A stretch of DNA of 64,000 nt from Macrostomum lignano. Taxonomy: Eukaryota. The position numbers and the translations under genes were made by a program. Positions within the stretch are counted from its first letter, which is position 1; every line of letters begins with the position of its first letter. The stretch lies in contig NIVC01000239.1 of the NCBI GenBank assembly GCA_002269645.1, positions 1 to 64,000 on the forward strand, read 5' to 3'. The notes under the pieces are model-generated. The model did no database searches. It saw only the letters and a list, made by a program, of their open reading frames with translations, and was not told where the DNA came from. Of the stretch, positions 10,428 through 20,759 are shown one piece after another.

Positions 10428-12215
10428 TCTCTCTCCCTCTCTCCCTCTCTCCCCTCATTGCAACTCTGTGAGCGCTCCGTCGGACTGTACAATGTACTGT
10501 TAATTTATATACATTTCTGACTTTTATCGACCGTTTTTAGTCTTAATTGTTAAGTATTAATGAACAAATAAATCGTTACTAATTTTAAGAGCCTGACGAT
10601 ACCTGACGCGAGGCGAAACATGTCGCATAAAAAATGATAGCGCTCACCTTCTTAATTCTACTTTTTCTCAGACGCGCAACTTTACCACAGTACTATTTTT
10701 TATTCAAGTTTTGAAAGGATTTATTACAGAAATGGTTATATATGCGAAAGGGATTATTGCCCGAGCTTAAGAGGGATTATTGCACTAGCTTAAAAAAGGG
10801 ATTATTTCACTTGATGAGTAAAGAATTATTGTACTACACGAGAAAAGGAAATTTTGCACTTGATGAGTAAAGGATTATCGCGCTAGATGGGAAAGGGAAT
10901 ATTGCACTGGCTGAGACATGGATTATTGCACTAGATGAGTAGAGGATTATAGCACTTAATGAGTAAAGGATTATTGCACTTAATGAGTAAAGGAATGAGT
11001 AATGCAAACCCGCACACACCCGCCCCAGCCAAGCGAGCCACCTCACCCCGCAGTTTAAACACCCTTACCACCAACACAGTGGCAAGGGTAACAGAAACTG
11101 ATTTTTACAATGATGAGTTAAGAATTATTGCACTAGATGAGTAAAGGATTACTGCATTAGCTAAAAAAGAAATTGTTGCAATAGCTACTTGCTTTCTGAT
11201 GGATGCTTGCTATCTGTGGGATGCTTGCTGTTTAGGGATGCTTGCTATCTGAGGGATGCTTGCTATCTGTGGGATTCTTGCTATCTGGAGGATGCTTGCT
11301 ATCTGGAGGATGCTTGCTAACTGGGTGATGCTTGGCTTTTGTTACTTTTAAAAAAAGGATTCAAAGCAAACATCCTCGTCCGTGAAAATTTTGCTGTGAT
11401 TTCAGTTTTTATGTGATTTATAAAACTGAAGAAGGAATTGGTTCTCTAGAAAATGCGCTTTTTGAATAGATTTGCATAAATAATATTTTTTCCTTGCTTA
11501 TTGGCCGCCCGAAGGTGGGCACTATAGTTTGCTAGATGATCTTTAAAAATTATTAAAACTAACTGATTTGGCTGTACTGTCGAACGTAACCGATGCTTTG
11601 AGGCTTTGACCTCGCGTTCGGCCTTTTGTGATCTTACACCATTTGTTTTCAGTGTCACTTAGTTCAAAGCCAGACCTTGCCAGATAAGATGGAATTCGAT
11701 ATTCAACAAAATTTATGACTCATTGCAGAGAAAAATCGATGCCAATGACCAAATGACCTGACCCAGCCAGAAGAAATGATCGAGACCTAAAGATAACGTT
11801 TTGGGGAGGGGGTGTAATGGTCTAACGTGACGCTCTGACCCACACAAGAATGACCCACACAATAATGACCAATCAAGAATTACCCAAAACAAGAATAACC
11901 CACACAATAATGACCCACACAATAATGATACACAAAAATGACCCACACAAGAAAGACCCACACAATAATGACCCACACAATAATGACCTAGACAAGAATT
12001 TCCCAAGCATGCCCTAACTGTCTCAAGCATAATACGTCAATGGCCATGACGCAAGCAACTCAAGCTAAAGATCTGAAGCAACTTAAGATTCGAAGCAGAG
12101 GGGCAGAAGGCTTACCAAATGCAAAGCCATTGGGCGAGGCCACATCGGCAGCTTCAACAGATGCGATGGTCCACAACAATGCGAGCAGCCAGTCGCGAAG
12201 GTGCCGCCAAGCCAT
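1..12215 (-). CDS. Paralogous left copy of the same multi-domain gene, incomplete (continues past position 1)
   Basis: Exons 12116-12215 (signal peptide), 8218-8841, 7527-8138, 6518-7132, 5780-6385, 4890-5504, 3957-4571 and a partial exon at 1-130. Domain order and phase-1 GT/AG boundaries match the first seven domains of the right copy. Confidence 0.85.
1119..1226. repeat. Perfect 34-bp inverted repeat with 40-nt spacer
   Basis: ttgcgtagtaggtaaggggctgaaataatggcca (1119-1152) and its exact reverse complement (1193-1226). Confidence 0.95.
2214..2313. repeat. Second 34-bp inverted repeat (32/34 paired) sharing the spacer core with 1119-1226
   Basis: Arms 2214-2247 and 2280-2313; spacer tagacactcgtgcgctacgcgcactcg; same 3' flank tctaccattg. 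Confidence 0.9.
3957..4571 (-). CDS. Left copy, domain exon 6 (class A)
   Basis: 615 nt; acceptor ttgcag|, donor G|gtaagc; about 99% identical by eye to 29882-30496. Confidence 0.85.
4890..5504 (-). CDS. Left copy, domain exon 5 (class B, variant central loops)
   Basis: 615 nt; acceptor ttgcag|, donor G|gtacga. Confidence 0.85.
5780..6385 (-). CDS. Left copy, domain exon 4 (class A, C subtype)
   Basis: 606 nt; acceptor tttag|, donor G|gtacga. Confidence 0.85.
6518..7132 (-). CDS. Left copy, domain exon 3 (class B, D subtype)
   Basis: 615 nt; acceptor tttcag|, donor G|gtaaga. Confidence 0.85.
7527..8138 (-). CDS. Left copy, domain exon 2 (class A, E subtype)
   Basis: 612 nt; acceptor ctacag|, donor G|gtgcgt. 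Confidence 0.8.
8218..8841 (-). CDS. Left copy, domain exon 1 (class B, F subtype)
   Basis: 624 nt; acceptor tcgcag| (tcgtag in the paralog), donor G|gtgagc. Confidence 0.8.
9191..10665 (+). mobile_element. 5'-truncated Penelope-like retroelement (RT thumb plus GIY-YIG endonuclease) with inverted terminal pLTR copies
   Basis: RT C-terminal motifs (LNS.HPNIKFT.E, IPFLD, VYRKPT.TG) at 9451-9911. A frameshift near 9900 leads to the GIY-YIG domain (GVVYQFQC..YIGET.R.L..R..EH..LEALYI...P.LNKQ) ending 10338. 9191-9450 is the reverse complement of about 10360-10665, including a GA/TC microsatellite. Confidence 0.9.
10593..10624 (+). ncRNA. Minimal hammerhead-ribozyme-like motif in the Penelope pLTR (inverted copy at 9232-9263, minus strand)
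   Basis: CTGACGA-ta-CCT-gacgcg-AGG-c-GAAACATGTC: CUGANGA core, short stem II, GAAA, palindromic stem III (ACATGT) ending in a GUC cleavage triplet. Stem I pairing is weak. Confidence 0.55.
10745..11150. repeat. Degenerate ~25-bp tandem repeat (aaggattattgcactagatgagta-like)
   Basis: Recurrent gattattgcact motif. Confidence 0.75.
11200..11335. repeat. ~18-bp tandem repeat (ggatgcttgctatctg..)
   Basis: About 7 copies visible. Confidence 0.85.
11833..11995. repeat. 15-bp minisatellite (gacccacacaataat), intron 1 of the left copy
   Basis: Direct tandem units; a related array lies at the paralogous position 41858-42190. Confidence 0.85.
12116..12215 (-). CDS. Left copy, signal-peptide exon
   Basis: Encodes MAWRHLRDWLLALLWTIASVEA-ADVASPNGFAF then G|gtaagc (phase 1). 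It has a basic n-region, a hydrophobic core and an AxA-type cleavage site, and is conserved in the paralog at 42331-42430. Confidence 0.75.
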
Positions 12216-12679
12216 GGTACTTGGAGATGCTGTGCTTCGGCTGTCGGTTCTTCCTAAAGTGCGCGGTAAGTTGCCTAATTGCTGAGTAATTTTTCCGTAA
12301 GAACGATTGAGTTAGGCACTAAAAATGAGTGCCTAAAATACCTTTAATTACCTTTCAGGGTCAGGGAGTGAAGCAAAGAGTGCTCTGGAAATCGAAAACA
12401 CAAAATTGATTTCATAAACTTCTAAGGCGCGTCTCGGGTTGAGCATTAATACGAGCGTATACCTTTTCAAGTGCTCGTTATCGCAAAAGGAGATATAAAT
12501 GATTCAAGAGTTGTTACTGCAATAGCTATGAAAAATGGATGATTTCGATAAGATAATTTTTTGTTTGATTTTGATAGGTACGAAGAGCAGTAGACTAATT
12601 TTTTTTCTCTAAAATCGGTGAAAAATTTTTAAGTCTGTCAGCCAGCAAGCCATTTAAATTTTTTTGAAACCGCTGCGCG

Positions 12680-13435
12680 ATGACACAAACTCAGTGCAAT
12701 GACACACAAACTCAGTGCTATGAAGCCCAAACTCAATGCAATGACACCCAAACTCAATGCAATGACACCCAAACTCAGAGCAATGACATCTAAACTCAGA
12801 GAAATGATACCCAAACTCAGTGCAATGACACCCAAACTCAGTGCAATGACACCCAAACTCAGTGCAATGACACCCAAACTCAGTACAATGACACCCAAAC
12901 TCAGTACAATGACACCCAAACTCAGTACAATGACACCCAAACTCAGTACAATGACACCCAAACTCAGTACAATGACACCCAAACTCAGTACAATGACACC
13001 CAAACTCAGTACAATGACACCCAAACTCAGTACAATGACACCCAAACTCAGTGCAATGACACACAAACTCAGTACAATGACACCTAAACTCAGTGCAATG
13101 GCACCTAAACTCAATGCAATGACACCCGAAATCAGTGCAATGACATCCAAACTCTGTGCAATTACATCTAAACTCAGTGCAATTACACCCAAACTCAGTG
13201 CAATTACACCCGAAATCAGTGCAATGACATCCAAACTCAGTGCAATGACACCCGAAATCAGTGCAATGACATCCAAACTCAGTGCAATGACACACAAACT
13301 CAGTGCAATGACATCCAAACTCAGTGCAATGACACACAAACTCAGTGCAATGACATCCAAACTCAGTGCAATGACACACAAACTCAGTGCAATGACACCC
13401 AAACTCAGTGCAATGACACACAAACTCAGTGCAAT
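12680..13435. repeat. 21-bp minisatellite (cagtgcaatgacacccaaact) upstream of the left copy
   Basis: About 36 units; source of the spurious MTPKLSA / CHCTEFG ORFs. Confidence 0.95.
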
Positions 13436-13956
13436 GGAACTCAAGCGATCGGTCTCCTCTCTGTTTTATCAACTGAAAATTCGTAGGTTTATGCAATTTA
13501 AGAGACCATTAAAACCGTCGCTTGGAAACCACAGGGGTTGAGCTGATAACACTTGGCCCTCACAGTTGGATCAGTTTGCTCATCAAAATGCGGTCTGTGA
13601 CACCCGAATTCTTTTTAGGCTTCCAACCCTGAGATAGCGCATGTCTGGAGCGACATTGAGTTCGAACTTTTCTTCGCAAAAAAATTGGCGATTGCTTTCT
13701 GAAAATGATAAAACCAATTGAGAAAAGTTTTAGAGTTTAACCTTCGACTAATCAGGTCTTATGATTTTGAGCCTGTTGATAAGGACAGCAAGTGAATGAA
13801 GCATGGCATCGACTTTTCGGTAGACCTCTGCTACTTTTTTTACAATTTAGTTAATTTCTTTTTAAGAAGAGTCAAAACCCTGATAATCAGATCTTTCAGA
13901 TAAGAATGCATTTTAATGCTACTTTACGGGGTTGGCTCTTTGACCCGGAGACGGCA

Positions 13957-15318
13957 TGACCCAGACAAGATTGACCCAGACACGATTGATCCAGACACGA
14001 CTGATCCAGACATGATTGACCCAGACACGATTGACCCAGACACGACTGATCCAGGTACGATTGATTCAGACAATATTGATGCAGGCACGGTTGATCCAGA
14101 CAATATTGATGCAGGCACGGTTGATCCAGACAATATTGATGCAGGCACGGTTGATCCAGACAATACTGATGCAGGCACGGTTGACCCAGACACGACTGAT
14201 CCAGGTACGATTGATCCAGACAATATTGATGCAGGCACGGTTGATCCAGACAATACTGATGCAGGCACGGTTGATCCAGACAATATTGATGCAGGCACGG
14301 TTGATCCAGACAATACTGATGCAGGCACGGTTGATCCAGACAATATTGATGCAGGCACGGTTGATCCAGACAATACTGATGCAGGCACGGTTGATCCAGA
14401 CAATACTGATGCAGGCACGGTTGACCCAGACACGACTGATCCAGGTACGATTGATCCAGACAATATTGATGCAGGCACGGTTGATCCAGACAATATTGAT
14501 GCAGGCACGGTTGATCCAGACAATATTGATGCAGGCACGGTTGATCCAGACAATACTGATGCAGGCACGGTTGATCCAGACAATATTGATGCAGGCACGG
14601 TTGATCCAGACAATACTGATGCAGGCACGGTTGATCCAGACAATATTGATGCAGGCACGGTTGATCCAGACAATACTGATGCAGGCACGGTTGATCCAGA
14701 CAATATTGATGCAGGCACGGTTGATCCAGACAATATTGATGCAGGCACGGTTGATCCAGACAATATTGATGCAGGCACGGTTGATCCAGACAATATTGAT
14801 GCAGGCACGGTTGATCCAGACAATATTGATGCAGGCACGGTTGATCCAGACAATATTGATGCAGGCACGGTTGATCCAGACAATATTGATGCAGGCACGG
14901 TTGATCCAGACAATATTGATGCAGGCACGGTTGATCCAGACAATATTGATGCAGGCACGGTTGATCCAGACAATACTGATGCAGGCACGGTTGATCCAGA
15001 CAATATTGATGCAGGCACGGTTGATCCAGACAATATTGATGCAGGCACGGTTGATCCAGACAATATTGATGCAGGCACGGTTGATCCAGACAATATTGAT
15101 GCAGGCACGGTTGATCCAGACAATACTGATGCAGGCACGGTTGATCCAGACAATATTGATGCAGGCACGGTTGATCCAGACAATATTGATGCAGGCACGG
15201 TTGATCCAGACAATATTGATGCAGGCACGGTTGATCCAGACAATATTAATCCAGACACGATTGACCCAGACCGATTGACCCAGACACGATTGACCCAGGC
15301 ACGATTGACCCAGACACG
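13957..15318. repeat. 15/30-bp minisatellite (gatccagacaatatt-gatgcaggcacggtt), about 39 dimeric units flanked by gacccagacacgatt monomers
   Basis: Homogeneous 30-mer core about 14065-15245, with a variant block recurring at 240-bp spacing (14185, 14425). Confidence 0.95.
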
Positions 15319-16014
15319 ATCAACAAGTCAAAAAGTGATTTTCGCAAGATTGAATGCAATGTTGAACTTATGGAATTTTACGTCCAAGGACATGGCAAAT
15401 GCCTCATTGAGCTTAACAGGATGTCTAAAATCCTTAGACCAACTGTTTGTTTCAGTTGGTTGCATAAACTGGATACGAGCCAGCTGCTAGCTTGATTGTC
15501 AGCAAGTAACTTCTTAATGCTGAGACAAAATATTTCGCACTCGAGATTTTTCATACATTTAAAAATTTATCTCTGTGGCAAGTGTTGTGGCTTGGTTCTG
15601 GTCTGAGTTGCTGCGTAAAATTAAACTTGGCTCCTTGCGCCCTGAGCTCTGAGGCTCCACTTTTTATTTCTTTTATATCTCCAATTAACGCTATAGACAA
15701 TGAATGCTATTTATTAGCACGTATACAAGCGTAATTGTTCTGCTGTGCCCATGCCCACAGCAGCAAGCAATCTTGATCCACGTTATGGTAGATTTTTTGC
15801 GCCTTTTGCACCTAGCGATAACTTTCGTAACCTTGATCTTGCAGCCACAGCTTTTCTTAGCGCATCTGCAGCCCCTTTTCGATCTTCTCAATGCAACTTC
15901 TGCACCTCTCTTCCACTTCCGCTATCTCCAAGATACCATTCTTCTTGTAGCCTACACATTCGCCACACTTCCAGTCCTTCTTGTTTTCTTTCACTTTACT
16001 TTGACCAGCCCTTG

Positions 16015-16220
16015 TCAGGCCTGAGAAACTGCCGTGGACTTCTCATGCGCAAGCACTATACAGACGACCGGGTTTTGACCTCTGACGATGTTCTTGCCAC
16101 ACCTGGCGCACGTTCCCGGGTTTGGTTCCACGTCGCCATCCTTTACTAGCTTGACCGCTCTCCACCCTCTACTGTCCAAAAACGCACTGGTGACAGAATT
16201 CTCTGTAGACAGCTCCATCC
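16015..16220 (-). mobile_element. Degenerate N-terminal fragment of a non-LTR retrotransposon ORF (2A-like motif followed by a PHD-like Cys pair)
   Basis: AVKLVKDGDVEPNPG-T-CARCGKNIVRGQNPVVC. 2A-like plus PHD is a known arrangement in CR1/L2-type elements. Confidence 0.5.
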
Positions 16221-16624
16221 TCCTACTACCTCTCGTACTCCGAAAAATGGGGGTCCGGTTTACTCCAAGTGTTTGTATCCGATGGAGTATTAGTCGATAG
16301 TGTTAGACTAGTGCTAGAAGAGTAATAGTCGATGAAAAGCAGTGGTCTTTCTTCTAAAATATACCATTTGTCTAAGAGTAATAAAGATGCCCGAGATTCC
16401 CTGTCGATTTCCGGCCGGAGTTTTATACTTCTCGGGCTGGTCACGTGATATTTTGGGAGGCTTCCCTGTCACCTGGAGTTGTAAGGACTGAGGGTCAGTT
16501 ATGGCATTTAAGCGGTGGTAAAGAATTGGCGTCCCTATTCGTATTGATGAATATTCATAGTCTTGGGTTGAATTTTGAATGACTAAAGTGTATAGCGGGG
16601 AATCTTTAAATTGAAGGATGATTC

Positions 16625-17420
16625 TGTAATGAAGTCAAGTCGCTTATTCTGGAGTAAACTCAGTTGAGGCAAAACCCTCCACGCTCTGTATATTTTATAG
16701 GCCAAGGGGCACGGTGGCCCGCGCATGTACATTACCGTACGTACTGCTAACTAGGCTTACTAGACAAGCTCCACCCCTACCACGCGGCCCCCACCCCATA
16801 AGTCATCATACTTTTCCCCTCTCAAGAGAAGTCTGCTACCTATCAATCACAGCTCCCGAGTTTTGAGTAGGTCAGCTTCTCAGGTGGCCGTCACCGGCGT
16901 GCAGGCTGCTGTCGCTTGAACCACTGGCGTAGCCCACTCGCTGTAGGTCACCGGGCGGATGATGCCTTTGTTTAGCATGTCCTGGAGCTCGAGCTCCAAC
17001 TTGTCCCGCACTGCGAATGGCACGGGTCTGGCCTTGCAGAATCGAGGCTGTGCGTCACTTTTGAGTCTCAGTGCGACTGTCTGATCCTTCAACTACCCCA
17101 GGCTCTCGTCGAAAACATCAGCGAACTCCTCCAGAATCTGGTCGAGAGGCCCGCTGTTCTGCGCCGGCGCCTGGCTGATCTGGTTGGCAAACAACTGAGT
17201 CCAGTTGAGTCGCACTTTTCCCAGCCAATTGCATCCCATCAATGGGCAGGCTCCAGTCTGACTCGTGACCACCAGCGGCAGCTTACCATACTGTCCTCCG
17301 TCGTAGTTGACCCTGACCTCGGCTGTTCCCTTGACTTGTATTGGCTCGCCAGTCCTGGTCCGGAGTCGCAGGCGTGTTGGTGTCAGCGGAGGTCGGCCGA
17401 GTTGCTTCCACACCGCTTCC
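16625..17420 (-). mobile_element. Internally deleted Ty3/Gypsy remnant: protease C-terminus, RT N-terminus, PPT and 3' LTR
   Basis: WKQLGRPPL..LRTRTGEPIQVKG...LPLVV..LMGCNWL then, past an in-frame TAG at 17093, ALRLKSDAQPRFCKARPVPFA..GIIRPVTYSEWATPVV. A PPT (GAGAGGGGAAAAG, 16811-16823) precedes a TG..CA segment at 16625-16808 containing TATAAAATA. Confidence 0.75.
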
Positions 17421-19274
17421 GCTTCGAGTTGCTTCTGCTCCTTCTCCGGTTCCTTGGCTTGGGCAGTTAGAGTTGGGTAGCGAAATAAGCCTTGTTGCCT
17501 GCGGCACTATAGGAGTTGTGAGAAGACTCGCCCAGACTCGTTCCAATCTGGTAGCCTTTTCCGCTGACTCGGGGCCCTGGATGCCTTGTTACAGGTAAAG
17601 ACAATGCCCGGGGCATTTCCGGGGTCCCGCTCTCAGACCTGCTTTCCAAAATCTTTCCAAAATTTTTCTTTCCAATTCTCTTTTTGCGCGCACATTCGGG
17701 TTATGCCGTTGGGGTGGTGGCCTGGTGACGGTCTTAGAACTCGTCTCCCTGATTCCACTGGTTGGGTCCTCGGTGTTCTCGTTGTTCAATTTGCTCAATT
17801 TGTTGAGCCCTGAGCAATTGCTAGGGCAAGACTCCTATCTCTGATCCTTGGTGGCCCGGGTCTAGTACCCCTGGTGGACCCACCCTAAATATCTACGGCA
17901 GAGCTCTCTTCCGGGCTGATCCGCGCCAGGCTTAGCCTAGCATCCCCGTTTAACAACAAAGATCAGAATGCACATTGGGAATGGAGGGTCGGAATTTGCG
18001 TTGACTGTTAGAAATGGAAAGGCTTGGTCGGAGAGAACAAGGACGAGTGCTTTCTCGCGATTTGCTATATGGTGTCTGCGCTGTGAAGACGAGTCTATCG
18101 ACCATTGGAGGGGTGGCTGTTTTCGAAAATTTATTGCTTTAGGGTTAAATTCTGAATATGGTCAGAGTTGAATCAGGGTAATTCAGGGTGATTCCACATG
18201 CAAACTGTGCAACATCTTTAAATGAGCGTAGGGGCTGCGAGGGGAAGAGAATAAAGTGTAGATCAGCATCAGTCGTAATCACCATTCAAAGCGCGAAATT
18301 TATCATCCGCACTGTTAATAGAAGTATAAAAGTGTTGCTTTCGCGCAGTCTTGAGGGTTGAAGTTGGGATGACGCAACCACCCCATTGCTTGGTGTGAAG
18401 AGTTTTAGAGTGGTGATCAGTCACTCAAAAACTCTCACTTCCAGACCGTAAGTCTGGGGGCAGAATTTAGTGTTCACTTACGATAGCGGGCTCCTCTTCA
18501 ATTGTAGTTCGGGCTGTAGTCGCGCGCTGAGGGTTCTCCTTGTCGATTCTGAAGTCGGCCAAATACGAGAGCAACTTAAATAATCGTAAAAATTTAATTC
18601 GTAGACGTTAGTGTTCCTTGTGGTCAGTAATCAAAATCAGAGATGCGCCCTAATAATCAACTAATAAGCAAGGTCCTCCAGAAAAAGGGGCGTCTTCTTC
18701 TAGAAATAACGGAATCGGAGTCGTGTGCCCCTATCGGTTACTCAAGGGTACCTAATCAATCGAAATCAATGATCGTCTAAGAGTATAGGAATCGATCCAG
18801 TGGATCCTATCCAATCCCTTAGGAATAGGGAGGCCTTAAATTTCAAGTTAGTATCATGACCTTAAAATCCTGATAGTATCGTAATTCAAGCTTTTAAATT
18901 CTAGCAGTATTTGTGTTATTCTACTTACAGTAGCATTTTATGGACTGGACTCTCTACAGGGGGGATTGTACAGCTCGAGCCTCTGAAGCACACATTGTAA
19001 ACAAGTGTCTCGAGTAGGAAATTATTCAAATCTGCCTCTTAGAGAGAACTAGCAATCTACGCCCCCCGTTGGGGAGCCAAAGAAATGCAATACACGTTTT
19101 TTTAATAAGCTACATGTATCCTTGAAATCTTAAAAAATCTCCTGTCAAACCTTGTAAGCCTTGACATGTCAGTAATTCCCCCCCCCCACAAGCTTTAACA
19201 TATCAACTCCCCCCCTTGACATCTCAGCAATGCCCCCAATAAGCCTTGGAAATCTAAAAATATCTGTCAACCTT

Positions 19275-19360
19275 CTAACCCTAACCCTAGCCTAACCCTA
19301 AACCTAACCCTAACCCTAACCCTTACCCTATGCCTAACCCTAACCCTAACCTAACCCTAA
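19275..19360. repeat. Interstitial degenerate (CCCTAA)n telomere-like tract
   Basis: About 13 imperfect units embedded in other repetitive sequence. Confidence 0.8.
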
Positions 19361-20318
19361 AGCATTGAAATTTCAGTAATTCTCTCTAAGAGTCATTATA
19401 GCACTACTACAGCATTATAGCGATTCCCAGCAAGCCTCGACATCGTAGAGATTCCCAAATCCAAAGCATTCCAACCAGCATTCCAATATAGCTGGCGGGG
19501 ATGTACAATAGTAGATAATTTACATAGAGAAGTAGATTTTGAGAAGTAGATAGTGGTTAGGGGTTAGGCAAGTGACGAAGACCGAACGCAGAACGTGGGC
19601 ACAAAGCAGCGAGCAGGGGAGCAACCCCTGGCTGTTCGACGAGTTATTTATTTGAAAGGCTGCTCGATGAGCTACGAGAGTATTATTTGAAATTGGTATT
19701 TAAAAGACACTAAGAATCAAAGAATGCATTACTTCGTATTAAAAAAATTGAGCAGGTGTGCGACACCGTGAGCAGAGCACAAGTTGTGGGTTTAAAAGCT
19801 AGCCGCCCCGCGACAACCCCCCAACGCAGACGCCAACCCGCCACCCCTAACACACTTTGTACGCGGCCTACGGCCGCCCACAAAGCACACTTAATGTACA
19901 TATAGAAGTAGATATAGAAGTATGCAGTGAAAATTTATAAATTATCGTAGAGACAGATTGGGAGAAGTACGAGATTAATGTACATATATAGAAGTACGAA
20001 ATGTACATATATTATCACGCTTAGGATAGCGTTTCAACTTGCATATTTCTTGTCAGTAGTACGCTCGTATATGGATATTAGTATAACTTGCGTTTCTTGC
20101 GCCAGAATTCTGAAAATCAACACTTAAGAGCAAGGTTAGTAGTTGCAGGGCATGCTTTGAATCCAACTCAAGCCATAACTCTCCGCTCTCTCTTCACCAG
20201 CCTAAGCTAGGGCCTTGCAACGCAAATTGCACCACTTCCACCCACATTTGAGCAGGCATGGTGTGAATTCCATGGGGGTCACTTAATGAGGCCGAGATAT
20301 GAGAAAAGTAACACGTAG

Positions 20319-20759
20319 TACGGTTCCATGAAATTTCGTCAACCGGCATTTCGTCAACTGGTATTTTGTCAACCAGACACTAAGGAATACTCAGCAAATT
20401 GCAGCTGATTATTATAGCTGCACCGGTCAGAGAATGTAAGCAGTGGTAATTCGATACCAAATTTGTTTAAAACGAGTACACTTCTTGGAAGTAAATTTTG
20501 GTAGAAACGTTAGGTGCTCAATGGTGTCGCGCCTTGGGATTGCATCATGCAGCTGAACAATGCCTCGCGGGCGTCGGCGAGCTCCAAAATATCCTGTTTG
20601 CCGAAAGGGCGTCAATGATGGTGATGACGGACTGGACTGCGACAGCTGCGGGAATTGGCTTCACCGTGCCTGCTAAACTAATTACAATTGTACATCAACA
20701 AAGTACCAGTTGAAGAAATGCCGGTGGATGAAATGCCGGTTGACGAAATGTCACCCGTA
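20319..20759. mobile_element. ~440-bp foldback/MITE-like element with repeated subterminal motifs
   Basis: Left tacgg..atttcgtcaaccggcatttcgtcaactgg mirrors right ccagttgaagaaatgccgg..ccggttgacgaaatgtcacccgta. Confidence 0.65.

Noticed and set aside
12260-12275. Plus-strand splice-donor consensus near both signal exons (also about 42495), hinting at an antisense gene
   Set aside because: The positions are not equivalent in the two copies and there is no supporting exon or ORF; likely chance.
13957-15318. Regularly spaced repeats as a possible CRISPR array
   Set aside because: Units are directly adjacent with no unique spacers, there are no cas genes, and the context is eukaryotic.
12638-15490. 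Long ORFs (268-524 aa) such as MTPKLSA, CHCTEFG and DPDNIDAGTV repeats
   Set aside because: They are translations of 21-bp and 30-bp minisatellites that are open in several frames on both strands, with no splice or start context. The same applies to 42750-44217, 44408-45244, 48341-48816, 49273-49589, 51809-53470, 54964-55488 and 56080-56829.
15691-15891. Cys/Lys-rich minus-strand ORF resembling a transposase CXC tail
   Set aside because: Too short and degenerate to assign; neighbouring frames contain stops.
18960-19094. Possible PPT plus short LTR (TGTA..TACA)
   Set aside because: No second copy, TSD or linked coding sequence was found in the window.
19275-19360. True telomere or chromosome fusion point
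   Set aside because: Short, degenerate and embedded in dispersed-repeat-like sequence; kept only as an interstitial repeat.
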